Shown in pieces: positions 9,553-19,574 of a stretch of DNA of 64,000 bases (the stretch's first letter is position 1; each line of letters starts with the position of its first letter). Under the pieces are notes generated by a model. It searched no databases, was not told the DNA's origin, and saw only the letters and a list, made by a program, of their open reading frames with translations. The DNA is from Chthoniobacterales bacterium. GTDB lineage: Bacteria > Verrucomicrobiota > Verrucomicrobiia > Chthoniobacterales > UBA10450. The position numbers and the translations under genes were made by a program. Location of the stretch: the NCBI GenBank assembly GCA_036385955.1, contig DASVJK010000015.1:13040-77039 (forward strand), written 5' to 3'.

Positions 9553-11706
9553 ATGCAAGCCTCCGCCCCCGATCGCCCTAGCTCCGCATCCTGGAGCACT
9601 GGGTTCATCACGCGACTCCATCGTTACAAATCGCTGCTCCTGCGACGCTGGTGGATCCCGGTCTTGACGATTTGCCTCGGGCTTTTTGTGCAGGCCTGGC
9701 TGATTTACCAGACGCCGCCATCCTTCCTTTCCGCGAGCAAGATGATGCTTGCCGGCAAATTGAATATCAGCCAAAGCGCGGTCTATAGCGAAGACAACGT
9801 GAATTTTTACGGCACTCAGATCCAGCTCATGCAGAGCGCGGAAGTGCGACGCAGCGCTGAAGCGCTCGTCCGCTCGACCCACCCGGAAATGCAGCCGGTG
9901 CTGGTCGAGATCACGGTCGCGCAGAAGCCGCGCACTTCGATTTTCGACCTGCAAGCGATTGGCAGCACCGCGGAGTACACCCAAGCCTACCTCAATGCGC
10001 TCATGCAGAAGTATCTCGATTTCAAAAAAGGAATGCGCGAAGACCAGGGGCATAACGTCACGACCGCGATTACCGAGCAGCTCATCTCGGTGGAAAAAGA
10101 TTTGCGCAACGGCGAAGATGAAATGCTCGAATTTCAGAAGCAGAATAATATTGGCTTCATTCAGGAAGAAGGGAACAGCGCGGCCGCTTATCTCGTGCGG
10201 TTAAACCAGCAATTCGCCTCCCTCAAAACCGAATACGATCTCCTCAGTCTGCTTGATCTCGACCAGAATTTGGATCGGACTCAAAAGACCAGACCGGATG
10301 CCTCCGCCGGGGCGCAACCAGCGGACGATCAAAGCGGCGGAATGCCTTTTTCCGACGTCGGGCCTGAGGCCGATTACCTGAAAGCGAAGCAGGCGTTGCA
10401 ATTACTCAAGGCGGAAAAGGACACCCTCTCCAAGGACTTGCGCCCCAAGCATCCGAAAATCATCAAGCTCAACGATGAGATCGCCAAGTCAGAAAACCTG
10501 ATCAAGCTTTACCGGGCCGACACCGTGGAAAAACTTGAGACCCGTCGCAAGTCCATCGGCAAACAGATGGAGAACCTGCAAAGCAACATCAAGGAGTGGG
10601 AGAGCAAAGCCCTCGATTTGAGTCAGCGGCTCGCGCAGTTCAATCGCGTTAAAGGAAAAGTCGATCGGCTGAAAACGCTATATGACCGACTGACCAATAA
10701 CCTCAAGGAAGTGAACGTTTCGCAAAGCGTCGATAGCGGCGATCAGATCTCCATCATGGAAATGGCGGGCCCACCGATCTCCGTGCGCCCCGGATTGCTC
10801 AAGAGTCTTCTTATCGGTCTCGGCTGCGGTGCGATCGCCGGCATCGGCATCCTGCTGCTGCTCGACCGGATCGATGATCGCATGGCTTCCTTTGGCGAAT
10901 TCCAGCACCAGTTCTCTGAAAACGTTCTCGGCCAGATCCCGAAGGAAAAGACCAAGGGCAGAGTCACACTGCTTCAGCCCGATGATGCGCGGCACGTCAT
11001 CGCCGAATCGTATCGTAACATCCGTTCTTCTATTTTCTTCATGCCGTACGAAGGACCGCGGCCGAAGACCCTCCTGATCACCAGCTCTGTTCCGAACGAA
11101 GGCAAATCGACGATCTCCTCCAATCTGGCGATCACGATGGCACTGTCAGGCGCGCGCACCCTGCTTATTGACGGCGATCTCCGCCGTGGTGCCCTCCGGG
11201 AAACGTTCGGCATCTCATCGAAGATCGGTTTCTCGGAAGTTTTGAAACAAGAGGTAAACTGGCGCGAAGTGGTGGTGCCGACTTCCTACCCGAGCCTGTT
11301 CCTGCTCCCACGTGGCAAAACGCTGGGGCAGCCGAGTGAACATCTCCTGCGAGATTCCACGGATCAGCTTTTGAAGGAGCTCTACAATCATTACGATTAC
11401 ATCATCATCGATAGCTCGCCGGTCTTGGCGGCGGATGATTCCACCAGTCTCGCACCGAAGATTGATGCGACACTTTTCGTCGTCCGGCTCTCCTACACTT
11501 CCGCGCGCCTGACGAGAAAATCGCTCGAGCTGCTCTACAATCGTCAGGTCAATGTGCCCGGCGTCATCCTGAACTACGTCGATACGTCGCTGCCGGAATA
11601 TTATTACTACCAGTATTCGGAGTACTACAACACGCCGGCGCCGGTTGAGGAACATGCGATCGCTGCATCGCATCACGTTCAGCCGAAACAGATTCAATCC
11701 TCGTAG
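9553..11706 (+). CDS. polysaccharide co-polymerase / tyrosine autokinase (Wzc-, GumC-, EpsG-like PCP-2a)
   Basis: N-terminal TM plus Wzz-like region, a long coiled-coil periplasmic segment and a second TM (LLIGLGCGAIAGIGILLLL). The P-loop kinase domain has NEGKSTISSNLA, LLIDGDLRRG and YDYIIIDSSPV. The C-terminal Tyr cluster is PEYYYYQYSEYY. Confidence 0.85.
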   Translation: MQASAPDRPSSASWSTGFITRLHRYKSLLLRRWWIPVLTICLGLFVQAWLIYQTPPSFLSASKMMLAGKLNISQSAVYSEDNVNFYGTQIQLMQSAEVRRSAEALVRSTHPEMQPVLVEITVAQKPRTSIFDLQAIGSTAEYTQAYLNALMQKYLDFKKGMREDQGHNVTTAITEQLISVEKDLRNGEDEMLEFQKQNNIGFIQEEGNSAAAYLVRLNQQFASLKTEYDLLSLLDLDQNLDRTQKTRPDASAGAQPADDQSGGMPFSDVGPEADYLKAKQALQLLKAEKDTLSKDLRPKHPKIIKLNDEIAKSENLIKLYRADTVEKLETRRKSIGKQMENLQSNIKEWESKALDLSQRLAQFNRVKGKVDRLKTLYDRLTNNLKEVNVSQSVDSGDQISIMEMAGPPISVRPGLLKSLLIGLGCGAIAGIGILLLLDRIDDRMASFGEFQHQFSENVLGQIPKEKTKGRVTLLQPDDARHVIAESYRNIRSSIFFMPYEGPRPKTLLITSSVPNEGKSTISSNLAITMALSGARTLLIDGDLRRGALRETFGISSKIGFSEVLKQEVNWREVVVPTSYPSLFLLPRGKTLGQPSEHLLRDSTDQLLKELYNHYDYIIIDSSPVLAADDSTSLAPKIDATLFVVRLSYTSARLTRKSLELLYNRQVNVPGVILNYVDTSLPEYYYYQYSEYYNTPAPVEEHAIAASHHVQPKQIQSS

Positions 11707-11923
11707 CGCGCGCCTCAATTTTCGGGCCGCGATCTCGAGCGGCCTGACGCGGGCGCGGAATCAACCGATGAGCTTCTTCGGCCCGATTTCGCTGCCACCG
11801 CTGGACGAGACTTCGGCTCCAATCATTCAGCGGGCGCTTCATCGCGCGCGGATCGCTCGCAACAAGCAACTTTGTCCTGAGCTGCCGCGGCTTTCGCAGC
11901 CTGCGCTCGTGACGGAATGACCA

Positions 11924-12772
11924 ATGCCAAATTACGGCTATCACCTCGCCCGGGCCAAAGGAAACGCGGCACGAACGATTTATCGCGCGCTTCTGCCATC
12001 GATCGCACGGCGTCGTATTCCGGGCGGCGCCGAAGTTCCGTTCAACGTGTTCGCCTATTCCGGCGAGAGCACCTTGCCAGAGCAGGTCGCCTCCATTCGC
12101 TCTTTCCTGAAACATGTCGGACGGCCAAGACGGTTCACAGTTGTTTCTGACGGAACATTGTCTGGCCGCAGCAGCGGCATCCTGAAGAGTCTCGATTCTG
12201 TGATCTCAATTTCCGGTTCCGCACAATGGCTGCCCAAGGACCTTCCCACGAAGATTTATCCATATCTCACCACCCATCCAACGGGCAAACAATTGGCCTT
12301 GATCATGTCGCTGCCCGTCGATGGGCCAACTTTATATGTTGATTCCGACGTTCTCTTTTTCCCCGGCGCGAGGGATCTCATTCGGCTCGCGGAAGGCGGC
12401 GGCGCGCCGGCGTTCTATCTCGCCGACTGTCGACTTTCGGCTGACGAACGCCTCTTCCGCGGCGACGCAGAAAAAGCGCAATCGGTGAACACCGGCGTTT
12501 TGCTCCTTTTCGAAAAACTCGACTGGGCGCTGGCGGTTCGCCGGTTCCTGGAGCTTCAGGGATTGCCGGATTTTTTCACGAACCAAACGATGACGCATCT
12601 GACGATGCACGCGAATGGCGCGTCGCCGCTTGATGACCGGAAGTACGTTCTGCAGCTGGACGATCAGTTCGTTTACCGAGATCGTTACGCTTGTCGCGAC
12701 CTGGCGCTGCGTCACTACGTCAATCCCGTGCGGCACAAGTTTTGGACAACGATAGCCCGGGGGAGCCACTGA
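11924..12772 (+). CDS. putative GT-A-fold nucleotide-diphospho-sugar transferase (GT8-like)
   Basis: 282 aa with a DxD-type motif in TLYVDSDVLFFPG, followed by NTGVLLL. This resembles GT8/Gly_transf_sug proteins. The assignment rests on motifs only. Confidence 0.5.
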   Translation: MPNYGYHLARAKGNAARTIYRALLPSIARRRIPGGAEVPFNVFAYSGESTLPEQVASIRSFLKHVGRPRRFTVVSDGTLSGRSSGILKSLDSVISISGSAQWLPKDLPTKIYPYLTTHPTGKQLALIMSLPVDGPTLYVDSDVLFFPGARDLIRLAEGGGAPAFYLADCRLSADERLFRGDAEKAQSVNTGVLLLFEKLDWALAVRRFLELQGLPDFFTNQTMTHLTMHANGASPLDDRKYVLQLDDQFVYRDRYACRDLALRHYVNPVRHKFWTTIARGSH

Positions 12773-12774
12773 TA

Positions 12775-15108
12775 ATGGAGCCCCACGACAATCCGCTTCG
12801 TATCCTGGTGGTGGTAAATCTCCCATGGGATTCCCGTCTCGGCGCCGTGCGCATCTACATGGAACTCGCCGAGCAATGGCGGGCCTCCGGCCACGTAGTT
12901 GAGAAATACAGTCTTTCCGACGCCTTTCCCGATGCCCGCGCCTCTTCGGCAAAATTTACGATTCGACAGCTTCTCTTTTCCTATAAGACGGCGGCTTTCG
13001 TCAGGAAAAACAGCGCGCGTTTTGACGTGGTTGATGCGCTGATTGGTGTGCTCCCATTTTCCAAGAGAAAGCTTGGATTCCACGGTTTGCTCGTCGCGCG
13101 TTCAGTCGGTTTGTACCGGCTCTACGAGCAATTCGATCGGAGCGTCGAGAAGCGATGGCCGGGCCGGCCGAAGGGCAAATTTCTTGGGCGAATTTTCTAC
13201 GCGCTCACGCGACGGCGGTTGCTCCATGCTTCTGACAAAGCGGTCCGTCATGCCGACCTGATCAATCTTCCAAATGAAGAGGAAGCTGTTTGTTTGCGCC
13301 AGGAGACAAGAACGGATCTTCCCATCCTGGTGCAACCGTACGGATTGACCGTTGAACGCCGTCGGGCCTTTCTCCAGGCCGCGGCGGCCGCGGAGATCCG
13401 TCTGGCGCAACGGAGAATTTGTTTCATCGGAATGTGGGGTGCGAGAAAGGGCGCGCGCGACTGGTCCGGGATCATCCGACGGATTCGCGCGCGCGTTCCC
13501 AAGGCCCAATTTCGGTTTCTCGGCACGATGGTCGATTCGAAGGCGATCCTCCCGGACCTCCGGCTCGATAGGCTGGAAGGCGTAGAATTCATTTCCGACT
13601 ATCAACCCGACGATCTGCCGGGTTTGCTGGCGGATTGCACCGTCGGTGCATTTCCGAGCTACGCCGAAGGATTCGGCCTGGCAGTGTTGGAGCAACTCGC
13701 GGCCGGCATCCCGACGATTGCCTACGACACCGCCGGACCGCGTGATCTGCTTGGCGGGCGTTTGCCCGAACTTCTCGTCCAGAAAGGCGATATCGATGCG
13801 TTCGCCGAGAAAATCTGCGGGATCCTGCAACTCGATCTCGATGGTTATCAAAAATTGTTCGAGCGCAGCGCGGAAGCGGCTACGGAGTTTTCCTGGCCTG
13901 TGATTGCGCAAGCAACGCTCAGCGCCTACCGCACCGCGCTTGCAGGCGGCTCCGCGGGAAAGATCTTGTTCGTGCAACCGTTCAGCCTCGGATCGGCCGG
14001 CGGCGGCGCCCGCATCTTGCGCGCGTTGCTCGAGCGCGCTCCGTTGGCGTGGCAGAGCATTTGCACTTCACCCGAAAGACCAAAAGCTTGGGCAAATGAA
14101 ATGTATCTGCATAGCCGGCCCGCCTGGGGGCGGATTGAACACAGTCGGCTCGCCACAATTCCGAAATTCACGGCGCGGTTTTTCGCGCCGATATTTCGCC
14201 GGCGATTGAAAGAGCTGTGCCTGAAACTGGGGGCGCGCGCGATCCATGCAGTGCCGCACGCGGGACTTGATTTTGCGCAGGTCCACGCAGTCGCGCGTGA
14301 GTTGGCGCTCCCATTTTTCATCAGTTTGCATGACGACATTGCCTACACGGCGGCGAGTGCGGGCCGGGGCGAACACCGCGAAATGGCCATGCGTAACGCC
14401 TGGTGTGATGCTTCCGCCCGCTTCGTTATCTCCGAAGCATTGGGCCGCGAATATTGTGAGCGATACGGCGCGCGTCATTATCATGTCGTCACCGACGGTC
14501 TGAGCGACTTAACACCGCCTCGGGTCGACACCGATTCGAGCGAGTTAAGAATTTACTTCATGGGACTGTTTCACATGGCGTATGAGCGCAACCTCCGCGC
14601 CCTGCTCGATGGCGTTGGCATTTTAGAGCGCCAGCACCCATCGATCAGCGTCCGTCTGACGTGCCGCTGCGAACACATTCGCTCGCAGGTCGTGAAGGGT
14701 GCGAAAGCAGTGACCGTTCTGCCCTTTGCGAACGAAGCGCAGGTGAGGCGGGATATGGAGAGCGCCGATCTCCTGTACATGCCCATCCCCTTTGGTGCGG
14801 CGCACGAGAAGTTCGCGCGGTATAGTCTCTCTACAAAAATGGTGACTTATGCCGGCAGCGGCGTTCCGATTTTGTATCACGGCCCGGCCAACTCCGCGGC
14901 TTACGATTTATTAAACAGGAACAACGCGGCGGTTTTGCTCACCAGCCTGGCGCCGGACGAGATCGCTCAAACGCTTGCCGGATTGACTGGGCAAGCGCGA
15001 GCAGATATTGCCGTGAACGCGCTTGCGCTCGCTGAGCGCGAGTTCATGCTCGTTGATCAGACGCGCGAGTTTTGGGGCGCATTTTCGAAGACACTCTCTC
15101 GAGCATGA
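12775..15108 (+). CDS. two-module glycosyltransferase (N-terminal GT4 plus C-terminal non-canonical GT-B-like module)
   Basis: The start was moved to the ATG at 12775 (MEPHDNPLRILVVVN), 2 nt after the upstream stop. The N-module has the EX7E region EGFGLAVLEQLAAGIPTIAYD. The C-module (from ~KILFVQPFSLGSAGGGARIL) is a second Rossmann-type GT-like half with YSLSTKMVTYAGSGVPILY. Confidence 0.75.
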   Translation: MEPHDNPLRILVVVNLPWDSRLGAVRIYMELAEQWRASGHVVEKYSLSDAFPDARASSAKFTIRQLLFSYKTAAFVRKNSARFDVVDALIGVLPFSKRKLGFHGLLVARSVGLYRLYEQFDRSVEKRWPGRPKGKFLGRIFYALTRRRLLHASDKAVRHADLINLPNEEEAVCLRQETRTDLPILVQPYGLTVERRRAFLQAAAAAEIRLAQRRICFIGMWGARKGARDWSGIIRRIRARVPKAQFRFLGTMVDSKAILPDLRLDRLEGVEFISDYQPDDLPGLLADCTVGAFPSYAEGFGLAVLEQLAAGIPTIAYDTAGPRDLLGGRLPELLVQKGDIDAFAEKICGILQLDLDGYQKLFERSAEAATEFSWPVIAQATLSAYRTALAGGSAGKILFVQPFSLGSAGGGARILRALLERAPLAWQSICTSPERPKAWANEMYLHSRPAWGRIEHSRLATIPKFTARFFAPIFRRRLKELCLKLGARAIHAVPHAGLDFAQVHAVARELALPFFISLHDDIAYTAASAGRGEHREMAMRNAWCDASARFVISEALGREYCERYGARHYHVVTDGLSDLTPPRVDTDSSELRIYFMGLFHMAYERNLRALLDGVGILERQHPSISVRLTCRCEHIRSQVVKGAKAVTVLPFANEAQVRRDMESADLLYMPIPFGAAHEKFARYSLSTKMVTYAGSGVPILYHGPANSAAYDLLNRNNAAVLLTSLAPDEIAQTLAGLTGQARADIAVNALALAEREFMLVDQTREFWGAFSKTLSRA

Positions 15109-16202
15109 GTGCGCGCCCGCTTGTCATCATTACGACGCGCCTTCCTCCCCAGACCTGCGGAATCGGCACCTATAGCTGGCTCGCGCACAAACATCGGCCT
15201 AACGATTTATCGCCCGCCGACTTTCTCGTCATGGAAGGCGCTGCCGAATCTCGCGCGCTGCTGGGCTGGGATGCGATCACCGATTTCAACGGAGATCCGG
15301 GGAAGCTTGGGCAAGCGCTCGACCGCGCCGGTCCGGTAAATGTTCTCCTCCACTATGCCGGCCGGGCCTATCAGCCTTTCGGATGCCCGACCTGGATGCC
15401 GGGTGTCCTGGCGAAGTGGAAGGCAAAATTTCCGCACGGATGTCTCACCGTCTTTTTCCACGAAGTGCCCGGTAAATTGCCGCGGCTGTCGCGACATTTT
15501 TTGTTGGGGAAAATGAACGCCCGGATCATCCGCCAGCTCGCCGCCGTGGCTGACGTGCTGGTCACAAACACCGAAAATCAGGTCGCGATACTTCGCAAAC
15601 TATCGGGTCGCGACGATATCCATTGCATTTCCGTCGGCTCGAACATCGAGCCGGTCGCGAGTTCATCACAGCCGCGTATAAATACGGAATTCATCATATT
15701 CGGCCTGCCCTTCGGGCGATTACAAACCCTGCAATGGTTCGACTCGGAGATCCGCAGCTGGCAGGCGAGTCGACGTTTGACCGTGCTTCACCTGATTGGT
15801 CCCGAGGACAAAAAATTCACAGCACAGGCGAATGAGCTGATGGACGGATGGCCAAAGCCCGCTGTCGCCGTGCGCCACGGATTGTTGCCGAACGCTGAAG
15901 TTTCGCGCCTGTTCGCCCGCGCCCAGTTCGCCCTGACCAATGTAACACCTGAGACGTGGAGTAAATCGAGCGCGTTCATGGCGTGCGCGGCGACCGGTTG
16001 CGCCGCCGTCATCAAGGGGGGAGAGACGCAATGTGTTCCGCTTTCTTATGCAATCGCGGCCAATGAGGTGGAGAAGATTTCAGATGTGGAGCTCGCGAGC
16101 AGAACCGTTTCCCTCAAAGCCTGGTATTACCAAAACGCCGATTGGGATGTGACAGCCAAACGGCTCGCCGCCCTCTCGGAAACCAAGGAGCCGGTATCGT
16201 GA
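15105..16202 (+). CDS. GT-B-like glycosyltransferase, non-canonical (no clear EX7E)
   Basis: The ATG at 15105 overlaps the upstream TGA (ATGA). The N-terminus MSARPLVIITTRLPPQTCGIGTYSW is typical of GT-B enzymes. It is a paralogue of the next gene. Confidence 0.55.
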   Translation: MSARPLVIITTRLPPQTCGIGTYSWLAHKHRPNDLSPADFLVMEGAAESRALLGWDAITDFNGDPGKLGQALDRAGPVNVLLHYAGRAYQPFGCPTWMPGVLAKWKAKFPHGCLTVFFHEVPGKLPRLSRHFLLGKMNARIIRQLAAVADVLVTNTENQVAILRKLSGRDDIHCISVGSNIEPVASSSQPRINTEFIIFGLPFGRLQTLQWFDSEIRSWQASRRLTVLHLIGPEDKKFTAQANELMDGWPKPAVAVRHGLLPNAEVSRLFARAQFALTNVTPETWSKSSAFMACAATGCAAVIKGGETQCVPLSYAIAANEVEKISDVELASRTVSLKAWYYQNADWDVTAKRLAALSETKEPVS

Positions 16203-17272
16203 CTGGGGAACCGGTTATCATTTGTCCCGAACTCGCCTCGGGTGGAGTGGGCGATTACACGCGGCGGTTGCTGGAGAACTTGCCTCGCGTCGCGGGTTTG
16301 CGATTGATCATTCCGAAAATCGGAAACCGTCCGGCGCGCCTTTTCGAGCAATATCCAGTCGAGGAGACTGACGGCACAGCCAGAGACCTTCGCGCTCGCT
16401 TGCCAGCGCGTGGCGGAAAGGTGCTCGTCCAGTATAGCGCCTATGGCTTCGATCGTTTTGGTTATCCGCGCTGGCTAATCAAAGCGTTGCTCGACTGGAA
16501 AAAGGAATCGCAAGGCATCCTCGTGATCATGTTTCACGAGATTTGGGCTTTCTGGCCGATCTGGAACAAGAACTACATTCTGCAACAACTTCATCGCCGC
16601 AATCTCCGCCGACTCTTGCGCGTGACGGACGCAGTTTTTACCAGCACGTCGAGTCAGGCAGCGCATCTCACCGCCCTTTCGCCACAATGCCCAATTCACG
16701 TCTTGCCTGTGGGCTCAAACATTCGTCGAGTCCGGGCAACAGAGGGAGAAAGGGAGACAGGACTCGCGGTGCTCTTTGGTTTGCAACGTTCGCGGCTTCG
16801 CACTTTGCGAAAGATGCATCCGGAGCTGAAGTCGCTTGGTGCTGCTGGAAAAATCCGGAAAATCGTGACTGCGGGTGCGGGCCGGTCGCGGGAGGGAGAT
16901 GACGAAGAACTCGCGCTCTTGATGGAGCTTGAGTTGATCGAAGGCTTCGATCAACGAGGACCGCTTCCGGAGGAGAAAATTTCCGAACTGCTCTTGGCGT
17001 GCGAGTTTGCAATCTCGGCACAGGACGAACTTAGTATTACGAAATCGGGTACTTTCATGGCCGCCGCGACTCACGGCTTGAATATTATCTCGTGCTCCGC
17101 GGACGCCTCGAAGCCGGAGCCTCTTTCTCTGATGACCTCACCGGAGGAGTTGATGAAAGGCGTCACTTACATGGAATTGCAATCGCGCGGCGAAAGACTT
17201 CGCCAATGGCAGGACCGAACTTCGGCGTGGCCACACATCGCCAATCAAATCGCTCGATCGTTGGAAGTGTGA
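16199..17272 (+). CDS. GT-B-like glycosyltransferase, non-canonical, tandem paralogue of 15105-16202
   Basis: The GTG at 16199 overlaps the upstream TGA (GTGA). It is colinear with the previous protein: VLVQYSAYGFDRFGYPRWL...VIMFHEI versus VLLHYAGRAYQPFGCPTWM...TVFFHEV, and LPVGSNI versus ISVGSNI. Confidence 0.55.
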   Translation: MTGEPVIICPELASGGVGDYTRRLLENLPRVAGLRLIIPKIGNRPARLFEQYPVEETDGTARDLRARLPARGGKVLVQYSAYGFDRFGYPRWLIKALLDWKKESQGILVIMFHEIWAFWPIWNKNYILQQLHRRNLRRLLRVTDAVFTSTSSQAAHLTALSPQCPIHVLPVGSNIRRVRATEGERETGLAVLFGLQRSRLRTLRKMHPELKSLGAAGKIRKIVTAGAGRSREGDDEELALLMELELIEGFDQRGPLPEEKISELLLACEFAISAQDELSITKSGTFMAAATHGLNIISCSADASKPEPLSLMTSPEELMKGVTYMELQSRGERLRQWQDRTSAWPHIANQIARSLEV

Positions 17273-18330
17273 AACCGATCAAGCTACTTCTCGTTAGTCC
17301 GTGTCAGGGCGCATACGGCGGCATTGAAGCTTTCGTCCTCGCCGTCGCCGCAGCGGTTCGAAAAGAACCGGATTTCGAGGTCCGTGTCTGTTTCAAGAAA
17401 ACAAAGCATTTTGCCAGGCAACCCAGTCTCAAGGCGATGTTGGCAGGTGAGCCCGTCGAGTTTTGCGAGCGCGCCGACAGAGATCTGGCCGGAGCGATCC
17501 GATGGGCGGATGTCGTGCATCTGCAGAATGCGTCGCCTGATGTTGTTGCTTTGGCGAAGCTGTTCCGGAAGCGCCTCGTGCTCACGATCCACAATTACAT
17601 GTCGCGCGAATTGAATGCGCATCGGATTCTCTGGCGCTTGAGCGCGAAATTTGCGGACGCGCGCTGGTATAATTCGCAGTTTGTCTGGGACACTTGGGAA
17701 GGAGATAAGAAGCGGCCAGGCAGCCGGAAGGTCGCGACGACATCGAAATTGCCCGAAGGATGGACGCCGCCGGAGGAGCGTGTGGGCTTCGCGTTCATCG
17801 GCCGCTGGATTGCGAACAAGGGAATCGATACGCTCCTCGATGCGTACGCGCAGGCGGAACTCGACCGCGAAAAATGGCCCCTCGTTCTCATGGGCGACGG
17901 ACCGATGCGCAGCCTAATCGAATACGCAATTCAAAGGCGGGGTGTGACTGGCATTCGCATCCTCGGTTTTGTGGATGAAGAAACGAAGGCGCAACAGATG
18001 AAGAATTCGCGCTGGGCCGTAGTTCCGCCGAACACCAGAGAAGATTTTGGGCTGACCGCAATCGAGGCGCGTCACCTCGGCGTACCCTGTATCATCACGC
18101 GTGATGGCGGATTGCCGGAGGCGGGCGGTCGGCAGGCGCTTATCTGCGAACCGGGCGACGTCACGGGTTTGACGAAGTTGCTCGAACAAGCGGCGCAGAT
18201 GGGCGAAGCGGAATATGCGGAACGCGCGCAGCGAACCCGGGAAGAGCTCGCGACCGAACTTGAACCGATGGAATTTTACGCGCGTGCTTATCGGCGAATC
18301 CTCCAGGGCGAGCCGGTGGAAGGAGTCTGA
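17269..18330 (+). CDS. GT4-family glycosyltransferase
   Basis: The GTG at 17269 overlaps the upstream TGA. The N-terminus is VKPIKLLLVSPCQGAYGGIEAF. The EX7E region is EDFGLTAIEARHLGVPCIITRDGGLPE. Confidence 0.8.
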   Translation: MKPIKLLLVSPCQGAYGGIEAFVLAVAAAVRKEPDFEVRVCFKKTKHFARQPSLKAMLAGEPVEFCERADRDLAGAIRWADVVHLQNASPDVVALAKLFRKRLVLTIHNYMSRELNAHRILWRLSAKFADARWYNSQFVWDTWEGDKKRPGSRKVATTSKLPEGWTPPEERVGFAFIGRWIANKGIDTLLDAYAQAELDREKWPLVLMGDGPMRSLIEYAIQRRGVTGIRILGFVDEETKAQQMKNSRWAVVPPNTREDFGLTAIEARHLGVPCIITRDGGLPEAGGRQALICEPGDVTGLTKLLEQAAQMGEAEYAERAQRTREELATELEPMEFYARAYRRILQGEPVEGV

Positions 18331-19574
18331 TGATTCTGCTCGCGCATCCTTTTGGAAACGCGAACGTGCGCGCGGTCTTAAACGCCCTCGACCAGGCTGG
18401 ACTGCTCGCAAAATTCGTAACCGCGCTCGGTTGGTCAAATGCTTCGCCGCTCGTGCGTGAGCTTCCGCCGAATTTGCGCTCCCAAATGGCGCGTCGCGGT
18501 TATGAGCTGCCACATTACAAAATCAAGATTTTCCCGGCGCGTGAGATCGTCCGGCTCCTCGCTCAAAAGATGGGCCAACGATGGCTGGTCGAGCACGAGC
18601 GGGGATGGGCCAGCATTGATCGAGTCTGGCGCGAGCTCGACAAATTCGCGGCCGACTCCCTGCGTGAATCTCATCAGAGGCAACGCATTCGTGCTGTTTA
18701 CGCGTATGAAGATTGCGCGGAGCGATTGTTTGAAACGGCGACCGAGCTCGGAATTCGGCGCATCTACGATTTGCCGATCGCGTACTGGCAAACCGTCCAG
18801 CGTCTCTTGCAAGAGGAGGCGCAGCGTTATCCGGAGTGGGAGCCCACGCTGGGCGGCACGCGTGATTCCGAAGAAAAGCTTGCGCGCAAAACGCGTGAGC
18901 TCGATCTTGCCGAACTCGTCATTTGTCCGAGCGCTTTCGTTCTCGATTCGCTGCCGGAAAGCGCGCGGGCTTCCAAGCTATGCGTGGTGGCACCGTTCGG
19001 CTCACCGTCTCTCGAACAGGTCGAGCCCGCTGAACCCACGCCGAACGAGGGACCGATGCGAGTCCTTTTCGCAGGCGCGCTCACGCAACGGAAAGGCCTG
19101 GCCGATCTTTTCGCGGCACTGAAGCTCGTCGCTTCGAAAGAGATCGAGCTTGTCGTTATGGGATCGCTCTTGCGTCCGCTGGCCTGGTATCGCGAACAAT
19201 TTCCCCGCTTCATTTATGAACCACCGCGTCCGCATCGCGATGTGCTCCGCCTGATGCGGACTTGTGACGTTCTTGTTTTGCCCTCGATCGTGGAGGGCCG
19301 CGCCCTTGTGCAACAGGAAGCGATGGCGTGCGGCCTCCCCTTGATTGTCACAAAAAATGCCGGGGGCGACGATTTGATCGCCGAAGGGGAAACAGGCTTT
19401 CTCGTGCCGATTCGCGCGCCCGAGGCAATTGCGGAAAAAATTGACTGGTACGCAACGAACCGTGCGAGCATCTCTGGCATGGCGATTGCAGCCCAAAGAC
19501 GGGCGAGCGAACTTACCTGGAACGGTTACGGCGAAAAGGTCCTCGCCGCGATCCGATCCTTGACCGGCAAATGA
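18330..19574 (+). CDS. GT4-family glycosyltransferase
   Basis: The ATG shares 1 nt with the upstream TGA. The EX7E region is EGRALVQQEAMACGLPLIVTKNAGGDDLI. Confidence 0.8.
   Translation: MILLAHPFGNANVRAVLNALDQAGLLAKFVTALGWSNASPLVRELPPNLRSQMARRGYELPHYKIKIFPAREIVRLLAQKMGQRWLVEHERGWASIDRVWRELDKFAADSLRESHQRQRIRAVYAYEDCAERLFETATELGIRRIYDLPIAYWQTVQRLLQEEAQRYPEWEPTLGGTRDSEEKLARKTRELDLAELVICPSAFVLDSLPESARASKLCVVAPFGSPSLEQVEPAEPTPNEGPMRVLFAGALTQRKGLADLFAALKLVASKEIELVVMGSLLRPLAWYREQFPRFIYEPPRPHRDVLRLMRTCDVLVLPSIVEGRALVQQEAMACGLPLIVTKNAGGDDLIAEGETGFLVPIRAPEAIAEKIDWYATNRASISGMAIAAQRRASELTWNGYGEKVLAAIRSLTGK

Noticed and set aside
11768-11920. 50-aa ORF (MSFFGPISLPPLDETSAPIIQRALHRARIARNKQL...) that fills the gap between the Wzc-like gene and the next gene, ending 3 nt before its ATG.
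   Set aside because: It has no recognisable family, a small size and no obvious RBS. It could be real, since its position suggests coupling, but the evidence is insufficient to annotate it. Conservation in relatives would decide.
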